64,000 nucleotides of DNA from Podarcis vaucheri (taxonomy: Eukaryota), in assembly GCA_965113315.1 (NCBI GenBank), contig OZ220369.1. One strand, given 5' to 3'. Position 1 is the first letter of the stretch. Every line of letters starts with the position of its first letter. The translations under genes were made by a program, and so were the position numbers. Shown here piece after piece: positions 25,601 to 37,600 of the stretch. Under the pieces are notes generated by a model, which was not told the DNA's origin, ran no database searches, and saw only the letters and a program-made list of their open reading frames with translations.

Positions 25601-28600
25601 TCTGAGAACAGACACAGTCTGCTGCCAAGCTGGACTCCTCTCACTGAAGGACAGAAACAGGGACCTCTTTGCAAAAAGCAATCTGCAAGTATTACTACTA
25701 CTACTACTACTACAAAATTTGTATATCGTCCTTCATCCATTGATTTCAGGGTGGTTCACAATATAAAACCCCTTCCCCTGTACTTACATGGTGCTTAGCT
25801 AATTCCACCTCAATGACTTTTGGGTCGCCATTGATTGGCCTCTGGGCATCCAGCAGCTCTTCGGTGTGGGTCAGCCAGGCCATCAGCTCAGCCAGCGCAT
25901 GTTGGAACTGGCCAAGGGCCAAGAGGGCACCTTCTAGCTTGTGCTGTTTGTAGACAAGGTGAGAAGAGGAATTTGTTTTAAGAAAACAAGGCTAGGTGTG
26001 TGTCTGTATTTATTTTATAGGATTTTTAAAATCCTGTTTTCCTATGCACCAAGGAGGAGCACTTAAGGTTGCAGTACTTTTAAAAATAGTGCAAAGTATA
26101 CCAAAAACAGGCAAATAAATAACAGGACTCAACAAGTAAAAATAAAACAGGGAGACAGAAGGCAAGCAAAACATCAGCTTAAGCAGGGGGGGGAAGTGTT
26201 TAATAGATGATAAAAGACCATCAGCACAGAAGCTGCACAAATCTCTAGCACTCCAGTTAGTAATGGGACATACAGTGGAGGGCCTGGCCAGGCCCAAGGA
26301 GGAAGCAGCAGTGGCAGCCCTCAAGGTAACCTGGTCTGAGACCCTTTGGGGCTTCAAAAGGTGATAACCAGCCCCTTTATTGAACCTACGCCATCTTCAG
26401 ATGGAGCGAGGGCTTTAAAGGCTTTACCCACACCTCAGGCCCTGACAGTTCACCCACCATACCTGCCGATGGGCTATTTTCTCATTCAGGTTCTCCCACA
26501 GATGCTTCAGCTCCGTCAGAGGCTCCCGGATGATGTCTCGGTCTGTCTCATCCATGGCTTTTTTGAGCATGAGCCCTCCCTGGTGATTCAGTTTCTCCAT
26601 CTCGATCTGCTGCTGGTAAACTTCCATTTTAAATTCCTGCCAAGAAGGAGAAAGCAGGGAGTTTCATGCTCAGGACTGTGACTGAAGATTTATTTAAAGA
26701 ATTTATAAACCGCCCACCATTTGAAAAAAACCACAGTGCACAAACACACGCACCTTCATCTCGTTCAGTTGCTCTTTGACGGTGTTGAGATCTGTCCCCA
26801 CAGGGGGCATGTTGCAGAGTTTGATCACTGTGTTGTCCAGCCAGTCAAACATGGCCTGAAAAGGGAGCAGGCCCACAAATGAAGGGAGACCCAGCCAGCT
26901 ACCACCCAGAGGCGCAGCGTTGTGGCCTCCATGAAAAGAGTCAGCACCCAGTTCATAACTCTTTCCTTCAGTCTCTCCTCTTTCTCACAGGCTCAACTAC
27001 TCTTCTGAGATGCCTGGCCCTTAATACAAAATAACCCTGCCCGGTCAGACCAAAGATCCATGTCCAGCCTGGTATCCTGTTCCTAACAGTGGAAAGCTGA
27101 CAGGCAAGATTTGGATCATCCCCTGCTGCTTCTCCCCAGGATCAGCCACTCTAAGGTAGACTGCCCTTATACACAGAGGCTCCATTTACAATTATTATAA
27201 TAGAATCAGGCCTAAATTACATGAAGCAAGGTCTTTTCTGTAATGGAACCTGGTTGTGAAACTCTCTCACCTCAGGTGTGCAGATTGCTACAACTTTGCT
27301 GGTATTCCAGGTTGAAACATACCTGCTCTCGCTCTGGCCTTTGGAAGAACTTAGCTATTCTGCCCAAGGTCTAAGTACTATTCTGAGATGCTGTCATTTT
27401 TGACTAATAATTCATAACTGGGCACCAAGCCCTGGTCAGCCCTCGAGCTATTTTGAACAATAACTCCCACTAGCTCTCAACCAGTGCTGATGGGAGCTGG
27501 AGGGCGCCAGGTTTGCAAAGGCAGGTGTATAAGAACCTTTAATCAATAAACTAAAATGACACTGGCCCTCCCACCCTCCTAGAATCTGGTGTTCCTCCGA
27601 CTATGTGATGTTTATGCATTAAGCCTGGCACTACAATGAAAGATGCTCAGAATTAAGAGCCAGAATCCATTTCAGGCAGTAGCTAGAAATGATCCCTGCT
27701 TGCCTTAGGAAGCAGCATGGCTCAGTGGCAAAGCAGCTGCTTTTCATGCAGAAGGACCCTGGTTCAATCCCTGGCGGCATCTCCAGGTAGGGTTGGGGGG
27801 CCTTCCTGCTTGAAATCCTAGAGAGCCAGTGTGGATGGACCAGTGGTCTGGTAAAGCATCTCCCTTGGCTCTGCGCCTTCCCTACCCCTGCGCATCACCT
27901 CCACCCGTTGTCACCTGCAACGTGTCCTGGTACTGCACTGCCGACTGCATGGCCTCCTCCAGCCGCTCCAGCCGCTCCTTCCAGGTTTTGTTCAGGTTCT
28001 CCCAGGCACCATTCATCTGCAAAAGCAAGGAGAGGTTATTGGGGGTTGAACATCTTGCCAGTGTGGGAGCCAGATAGGCAGCACCGTGCGCAGGGTTGGA
28101 TTCAGTCAGGGGAGCCCCAGGCACCAAGCCCTGGTCAGCCCTGGAGATCATCGAATGTGCCTTTCTTTATTCAACTGCCAAGTGGCAGCCCAGACTATTG
28201 CCTGCTTTTCAGGAATCTGTAAAGGAACCTTTTTTTCGGGGGGGGGGGGGAGAGCCCTGGGCTACCTGTCCCCTGCCAGCTCCGATATCCCATTTGCAGC
28301 ACAGGTAAGCTAAGCTGGAGAACACACTTGCTAAGTATGGGTGGTGTATTGATGGCCCTGAGTCACTTTGCAGGATCCCTGCCTTCCTGGCCTCCCAATC
28401 TGACAACGAAGTGAGAGCAGCAGCAAAGTTCTACTGCAGACATGTCTCTTCATCTGGCTGAGGAACTTTCAGCAGTCCTCTGTGCCATAGGCTGGTTTCT
28501 ATACACACTCCCACAACCCTCTCTATCCTCCATCCAGGCAAACAAGAGGCATGATCAGGGTTCAACGACATGCCTCTAGCAAGGCAACAGCACTCAAGGA

Positions 28601-31600
28601 GGGTGTGACACCAGGCTGGTGAGAGGACGTGTGACAGAGGAAGGGTGTGTTACTTGGGGTGAGGTCCAACGGTCAGAGAGAGAGGCCCAGGGGCCACAAT
28701 CTACCCACCTCATCTATGCTTTTCTTCACTTCTGGTTTTTCTGTCTCACCGCAGGCAAAGATCAGGTCAGTCCCAAGAATCCGGATGAACTCCAGTTCTT
28801 CATGCAAACTGTCCGTTTCCTCCTTGATTGTCTGCAGGATTAACGTCACCACAGTGGTTGATGTTTTATTAGCAAGCACTGCTCCAAAATGGCATCTGGG
28901 TTGCCAGAGTGACTCACAATTTATAAGCCATCTTGTTTATTAAATTGCGCTTCTAATCAGAGATTAAATTCTAAAGAAAAAAGGCAGGAAGCTCAGGCAG
29001 CAGCACACATACCTTGCTATAACAATATGCAAGGCAGTTGCCAAAGCTGCTAAATGCAGAGATTTTAAAGACCGAAGAGCAGAAATCTGTTCTGCTTTTA
29101 AATAGGATTATTTGAATCATTTTCACCTTGGGAGGCTTTCTATTTATTATAGGTGAGCGTTATTATTCCATGCCTTGCGCAGCAGGCTATTCCGTTTGCC
29201 TACTGCAGAAATGTTTGCCTTTGCCATCCTTACCTCTGCTGCTTCAACCTGCTGTTTGATGATGGATGGGTCAATCCCCGGACTCTCCAAGTCATGGACA
29301 ATGTCCTGTGTGTCTCGGATGGTGGTCAGGAGGGCAGCCATGTCATACCAAAATTTCTCTGCCAGTTCCAAGACATCCAGGAATTTAATTTCACGTTCCT
29401 CGGCCCGGGCTTTGATGTCTTCCCAGAAAAACACCATTTGGTCTAATTTATCCTGGATTTCTGAAATGGAGGAAACATCACAAACCAAAATAATGAGAAT
29501 CTCTTTCCGTTGGGGTGGAATATAAGAATTTGCATGACAAAAAACCGAAAGGAGTGAACATGTGAGAGTTCCAATCCCCCTGACCTTTGGCTGCCAGGTC
29601 CTTGTCTGCACCTTGCGACCGTCCAATCAGCTCCTCCCCGCGGCGTTTCAGGGCCTCAAAGGACGGCTGCAGCTTCTCCAGCTCCATGGTGGCATTTTTG
29701 TTGTCGCCAATGCACTCTCGGATCTTCTCAACCTCAGCTGGGATCAGTGGAGGCATTCGCAGGCGGGAGGAGAGGGACTCCAGAGTCTCCAGCATGGGCT
29801 CAATCTTGTCATGGAACTGAGCAGGAAGAAGGAGGAGGCTTAGCAAGGGCACGACTGAGAGGCTGCACTGAACAGCCAACAGGAATCTACAGGCCCTTCA
29901 AAAAGGAGCAGCAGAAGCAGCGCCTGTTGCAATCAGCACAGGCTTCTAGACCAACACTCTTAAGTATGGTTAAATGCATAGTTTATCTGCTATGTTGCTA
30001 CGATTTGTTTTTCAATTTTTCAATTGAATGTAATGGTTTTGATAAGACTTGTCACTAAGACGAAGCCACTGTACCCTCAAGCTCCATCCAGCAATATGGG
30101 CATAAAACTGGCCTGCCTCACAAGGCTGTTGTAATTTAGAGATAATGTATGCAGAATGCTCTGAACCCTTCAAAGAAGTGCTAAGAGTCACCATAATCAG
30201 ATGCAGTGTGCATACACAGAACAACCTCCCCCAACCTGGTGCCCTCTAGCGCAACTCCTACCAGCTCCAGCCAGCACAACCTCCTCATTCCATGTCACAA
30301 ACTGTTTTTGACATTCCCCATGGTTGCAAAAGCAGCTAGTCATGGGGCATGGCTGAGAAGCTGCTGTCTGAGAACCAGGAGTGAATCACACAGTCCTTTG
30401 GATCCTGTCCATTAGCTGCACCATTCCCTCTTCGAAAACAGCTCCTCAAAGAGCAATCCGTAATTAGCTTAGATGAATTTGCAGCGATGGGCATGTTGCG
30501 GGAGTGCTTCTCCTGAGAACACACTTATAGGGAGAGGGAGGGAGGTCCAACTACAGAGCTACAGGAATTCTGCTTCAACCGAACAGCAGCTGAAAGGCAT
30601 GAGGCCAAGAGCAAACCTTTGCCAGTTGCCACCCCTTCTGAAGCTTAATGCTTTCATACCCCACTGGCCTTTCTGCCTGGATCAAAGTCTGCAAAAAGAC
30701 TTCCAAAAAGGGGGGAGTCCACTCCTAATTGAGCCAACCATTTAACTTTTTGATGTACTTTGAAAAAAATTCACACCAAGGAATTTAAATACGGTTGCAC
30801 CTGGGAGGTTTTTAAGCTTTACAAAATAAGGGAGGGTGTTTTGTGCTTCAAAAACCCAACAATACTTCCAGACGACAATAGATACATACAAAAAACCACT
30901 TTGCAAAGAAGGGGAGCGAAATTGCTAGCCAATGAAGACACCATCGTTTCTGGTAAGTCAGAGGGGAGAAGGATTGCAATGTGATGAAGAGGAGGGATTC
31001 TTACCTCTCCAATCTGTCATGGTGTGGTGCAGTCAACACAACAATGAAATGTGAAGAGCACGCAGGGAAGACGGGAACAGGCACCGAAACACACAACAGG
31101 GAACAAAATCCACAATGGGAGGGGAGATGAGACGGGAAATGGAGGAGGAGGAAAAACAACTCAGAGTTAATATATGAGCAAAAACCAGAACGTGGGGGGG
31201 AAATAAAAATGTATTGTTTTATTCAATATATTAAACAGATGAAACACAGAACAAAACCTAGGCTAGGGTACCATAGATTAACAGTGGTTAAAGTTTTACC
31301 AACTAACTTCCGAATAGCATGCAAGACAATTGCATGGAGTGGGGGAGAGTCTGAAATGAGGTGATAAGAACAATCTGTATGATTCCTGGCTTAAGCTCAA
31401 AATCACATGACACAGAAAAGGAAATTAGCAACAGCAAAGGGATTTGTGCCTAACAAAAATCCTTTGCCAAACTTAAATGTAGTTTCCCCTTGCACTGATC
31501 TCATCCCCACCCACCCCTGCTCTGATCGGGTGAGAAAACTGGTTCACTCCCCTAAGCAAAGGAACTCACTGCCTCCTATGTCATGGGCCAGCCCAGCCCC

Positions 31601-34600
31601 TGCCCAGCAGTTATTTGCTTCAGCAAAGGACCTAAAGAAAAATTTTGTTCCAGGCTATTAGCGGAGTTGGGGGAGGGGGAGGGTTGTTGGGGATCCTGGA
31701 ACAGGAGGAAGAAGTTGTGATTCTGTGATCTAGTTGAGATTCCTGCATTGCAGGGGGTTGGACTAGATGAGCATCAGAGTTCCTTCCTAACCTATGATTG
31801 AACAACCCCTGCCAGTCAGTGTAGACAATACTGAGCTGGCTTGACTAAGGCAGCTTCTTATGTTGGGCTGAGGAGTTGGTAAGTCTAATGCATTTGTGGG
31901 GACTGTGATCTTTCAAAAAGGTGAGGGGGTGGCAGCTAAGTATATCCCCCTCCTCTTCTACAGCGAGGGCAGATTGCAAACAATCTCCACCTAAGCCCCC
32001 ATATGATACCCACAGATTGCACTGAATCATTGAAGGATGGAGCCAGGGAATCACAAACCTGGGTTGACTGTGAGACGGCCTCGTCCATCGCCAGAGCCCG
32101 TTGGCGGACATCCTCCTTGATGCGGGAGTACATGGCTTCTGCCGTCAAGTATTTCTCCTTTACCATCTCTCCTTCTTCTGGGTTCAGCTCACTCAGCTGT
32201 GGCCCGATTTTCAGCAGCTTATCAATATGGGGTTTGTGTTCTGCAATCAACTCTCTCAGTTGCTGCAAGGCGAAGAATTGCAATGAGACTCAAAGATGAT
32301 ACCTCCTGCTTTATGCATTTCACTACACTGTGATCCCAGGTTCACAAATCAAACAAAAGAGCAGATTCTGCAATCAAACCAGCTGTGTTTATTGGCTCCA
32401 AAAAGCTAAAGAACTTGTGTTTGCTCAGCATCGTGTTATAAGATGCAGAGACCATATTAACCTCGAGCCGTAATGCTCAAAGCCAGCCTGGTGCCCTCCA
32501 GGGGTGTTGGACTACAATTCTCATCTCCTGCAGCCAGCAGACTGTGCTAGCTGGCATTGGTGGGAATTGTGCTTCAAAATATACTGAATATATACTAAAA
32601 TAAAGTGTGGAAACACTGGGTGGAATTCAAGGTCGCGCTAATGCAATCATTCCGTCAGCACACGCATTTCTGCTAGCCAGATGGAGCTATCTCCCCTCCC
32701 CCACCCCCAGTGCTGCTCTGGGTTTCTCCCAAAAACTCCAGAGTGGAATTGGGAGAGGGTTAGGGTGCAGAGAGCAGTCTCACTGTGCTAGTGGGAGTCC
32801 TTGTGCTGGCTTCTGCTACTGCACTGGGTTAGCTGAATCCGTCCCAGAGTGAATTCATAATCTGCATTGCAGAGATCTTTTATCACTACATGATTCGATA
32901 ACTACTTCTACCGGTTTCAGCAATAAGATGCTGCCTTGGGTGATCCAAAGGGGACCCAAAAAGAGTTGCCGGGGCAAATTTAACTGTCTTTCCAAAATTC
33001 CAACAGGGCTTTGGGATACAAAACCCTCACCCTCCTACCCAACCAATCACTAACTCCAGTCTTTCCCCTCCCTCCATTCCCTAACCCACTTGCTTCTCTA
33101 GTTGACTGCTGCCCCGTTTCCACATGTTCTGCTCACCAACCTCCCTCAGCTTGAAATGTCCGCTTGCAAACAACCTCCATCCCTCAGGAAGGGCCCCTGG
33201 CAAAGCTCAGCAACTCTCCTGAAGCCAAATGTTTTCATGGTCCGCACATTTGGGGCTTGCATTATCGCCCAAACACAGAGGGACTTTTGCTTGCTTCTCA
33301 CAATCAGAGTTCTAAAGGTCTATAGTTTTTCAAGCTACACAGATTCATACCATGGGCGTCTGCAGAACCCTTTTTTGAGGGGAAAATCAACGCAAAGTGG
33401 GGAACAGGCTATTTCCCCCCGCCACAAACACAAAAGAGAAAACTAAAGCCTGCAAATTTAGCCTCATATCTCAGGTTATACAGGTGTGAGAAACTTAACT
33501 TTTACAAAACGGAAAGCTGGTGGTCTGGGCCTTCATGCTTCTCTCTCATGCCCCACCCCCTTCTTACCCTCATGTCTTCCTGCTGCTGCTTGAGGTGCTC
33601 GTGGTCAATGGCCAGAGGGGGCAACTGCCCAATCAACACCTGTGTCTCTTCCAGCCAAGGGTTGAGCTCTTCGTAGGTCTCCCAGAACTGGTTGACTAAG
33701 ACCTGGGCGCGCTCCAAGCGGGCGTAGCGCTCTGAATTGAGGTGGCTGATGTCATCGTACTGCTTCAGAAGACACTCCGTCTTCTCCTGCAGGAAGAGTA
33801 AGATGTGAAGCTCAGGGAAGAGGTGCAAGGATTAAGAGGCCTAGGAGATGCTGGGTGATGCTTTTCATGACCCAGGTCAGCAGGTCTGCTCCATTCTGTA
33901 TCCATTTTCTTATAATTATGTTCCAGCCTGTTTTCCTAAATAAATCTCCCCACACTGCCTCTTGGGCCATTCACACAGCTCTTGCCACTAGCCAACAGGC
34001 ACACATCACTTGGTACTCTGCATTTTGGATATAATATATTTTAAGAGGAGGGGAAATGGTCTATCTGAGTCAAAGAACAAAAGCAGATGCATGGAGCGGA
34101 TACCAACTGGATTCTTTTTATTTATTAGTTTTATACCCCACTTTTCCTTCAAGGAGCTCAAAGGGGTGTATATGGCTCTCTGCCTCTAATTTATCCTCAC
34201 AACAATCCTGTGACGTAGGTTAGGTTCAAAGATGATGACGGGCCTCAGGTCATCCAGTGAGCTTCTTGGCTCAAATTTGATCCCTGGTCTCCTAGGTCCT
34301 AGTCCAATATTCTAACCACTACACCAAATCGCCTTTTGCTTTGCGCTAACTAGACATTTCTACGTACTGGCTATAAATGCATGATGCAACTTCCAGTAGC
34401 TAAGTACTAGCAAACAAAAAACAAAAAAAACTTGGTTAGCCACTGAAAACATGCACCAGTACAACAAGGCTGGCCCCTGGCTGAGTGTTGCCCTCTGCAG
34501 GTTTATTGTCTTTTACTAGAGCAGCCTTAGCCAACCCAGTGCCTTTTGGATGTTTTGACCTACAACTTCCACCAGCCCCAGCCAGCACTGGGGGCTGCTG

Positions 34601-37600
34601 GGAGTTGTAATGCAAAAGCAACTGGAGGGCAGCAAGTTGGTGCATGCAGGACAAGAGATTTACCTGCAGTGTGGCTTTCTGTTCTTCCCCACAGGTTCCA
34701 AAGATCTCATTCCGCTGGCTGAGCAGCTCGTCCACAGAATCTTTGTGTCGGATGATGTCAATAGAGAAAGCCTGAAAGGTTGAACAAGCACAAAGCAATT
34801 TTCTTTAAAAAGAAGTGGGTGATGAGAGACGGCGCAAGCACCCTACATCCATCCTGCAATGTCATTCTTGGCCTGAGTGAAGCCATCGTGCCTACACTTA
34901 TCAGGGCCATAGGGTTCAAGTCTGCCTGACTCTAACCATCTAGTATTATTCAAATCAGTCTTTGTCAACCAGGTGCCCCCACCCAAATGCCTTTAGGGTA
35001 CAGCTCCCATCATCCCTAACCCTTGGCTATGCTGGCTGATGGGTGTTGTAGACCAAAACATCTGGAAGGGACCAGGGTGGGGAAGGCCAATTTAAATTTC
35101 TATCCCACCCATCCATATAGTGGGACCCAAGACAATTACCGTATTTTTCGCTCTATAACACGCAGATTTTTTCTCCTAAAAAGGAAGGGGAAATGTCTGT
35201 GCGTGTTATGCAGCGAATGTGTGGTCTCTGGAGCCGAAAAATAAGGCAAAAATCAAACCGCGCTTCAGGGAGAAGGGAGCTCCGTGAGACAGGAAGTGGC
35301 AGCTTTCCTGCATTCTGCCTCAGGGTCTTACTGCCCGCCCTGCTCTGTTTCGTTGCTGTGTTTGCTCAAACGGAACAAAGAGCAGGGAAAGCCCCTCCCC
35401 TCCAGGCAAGTAGAGAGGAAAGCAGAGCGTCCGAACAAAGAGCAGGGGAAGCCCCTCCCCTCCAGGCAAGTAGAGAGGAAAGCAGAGCGTCGCTCTATCC
35501 TGTCCCTGCTCCGGAGGGAACAATGTTTGTGAAGGGAAGAGAGATTACAGGTTCGGCTTAAAATTCTGATTTGACTTCCTGCTTTTTGTTTTTGGAGACA
35601 CACAGCATTCAAATATGCTTTCTTCCATTTAAAAGGATGAAATCCTTAAACAGTGGCTGGCTTGTGTGGGTGGGTGGGGGGAAACTTTTGCCTTCCTTTC
35701 CTCACGTTATAGCCCTCTCCTGCATTCTTAGCCTTCTGTGTTTTTCCTTCCCTCCCCACTTAAAATGTGGTTACAAAGCATGGATCCACATGGATCCTCA
35801 GGATCTTTGCATTGGGTCAGCCAAAATTCACCATCAGAGCACATAGCATGTCCATGGCTACAGCCTGTCCCCCCCCAAAAAAATCACGCACCCACTGTTG
35901 CCTGGGGCTGCAATGGTGCAAAAACGTGGTTACAAAGCATGGATCCACAGGGATTCTCAGGATTTTTGCATTGGGTCACCCCAAATTCACCATCAGATCA
36001 CATGTCTGTGGCCACAGCATGAAGCACAAAAATGATACGTCCACTGTTTCATTCAGAATATTTTTTCCCTTGTTTTCCTCCTCTAAAAACGATGTGCGTG
36101 TTATGGTCAGGTGCGTGTTATAGAGCAAAAAATACGGTAACAACAAATAAGATAAAATACAACTTGAAGAACAAAGCTGTAAAATAAAAAAACCGCAAAA
36201 AGCCCACCCCCGACTGGTAAAAAACAGATCAAGGAAACAGCCCGTTAAAAATAACGAGAACAGAATTGGATGCAATATTGCCCTGATACAGTCTGTTCTG
36301 CTAAGCTGGAGTCCAGATGCCCCCACTTCCCCCAAAAAATATTCTATTTCAACTCCCTTGCCCACAACACCTCATCCAATCTGCCCAATCTGAACAGCAA
36401 CTCAGATTTTATTCAGAACCACCCAAGCCCGCTGATCCCCCCCTCCCCCTTGTCCTTCTTATCACTGTTGAGATCAAAACCCAAACACTGAATTGGTTCC
36501 AGAAAAAGCCAGTCATTCTTTAGACCAATTGAAATCAGCAGACTATGCAAGACAGTCATTACTAATCTGCTGTGGTGATTTCAATGGGCAGGAAGCATGG
36601 CTAAGTCTGGACCTAACCCATGGTTTCATCCATGATGCCTTTAGACCACCACACGACTCCCAATGCCTCGAGAAATCTCAAGAGCTCCAGCTTCTGCTTC
36701 TGCTTCCATGTTATTCTTCCCTGGAAGCACCCAGCCTCTCTGCTGGCTTCCCAGCACTCAGGGCCATCATCTACTCTTCTGCAACGGCACGGTTAAAAGT
36801 ACCACTTTGCCCTCCAGCTCACTCCATCCAGCAAGCGTTCAACCCAGATTCCCGCACCTTTTGGACCTGAAGCTGGGCTGTAGTCTGGTCTTGCTCCAGG
36901 CGAATTGGGCCAAGCGCCATCAGCTTCCGTTTCGTCTCAGCAACCCAGGCAAGCTCTGAATCAGCTGCCTGCTCATACTGTCCGGGGGAAAGAGAGGAGA
37001 ATTTAGAGCCGGCAAGCCACAAACCGGAAGAAGCCTGGCATCTGCCCTTCCATGTGGGGCAACTATGAATCTGCATGAGCATTAAATGAAGAGTAAGGTG
37101 GGGGAAAGGAAATCAGGCTAGATTTTGGCTAAAGCAGTACATTCGGACCAAGCTGCAGTTTCCTCTTAACCACAACATTGCTTTCTGACATATCCACAAG
37201 CCCCAATGCTGTTCTCCAGATGCTGCTGGGACTCAGACTCTCAGGGGTGATGAGTCCATCAGTAGTACCCAAAGGGCCATGTAAGAGAAGGCAGCTTCTG
37301 AGCAGTGTGTGAAAATAATCTTAAGTTTATAAGTGCTGAGAAATCAAAGTTTTAAAACTACCAGCCCTGTGCAAAGATGGAAAAGTCTTAGGAATCAACA
37401 TTAGTGTTTCAGGCACTTGACTGATCAAGAGATGAGATTTATGGAGTTAATTCCGTATCTGAAATGAATGAATGTGTGTGAGAAAGTTGAGCTGAAGCTT
37501 GTGGTTTTTTGGTTCACTATTCTCGAGTGAAAACTCTGTTTTCATCCAATTCTCCATCAATGACTCACTCATTACCCTTGAAACTGACCTTGGCCTCGCT

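Noticed and set aside
35373-35491. Direct repeats as a CRISPR-like array
   Set aside because: Only two adjacent copies, no spacers, inside a eukaryotic transposon
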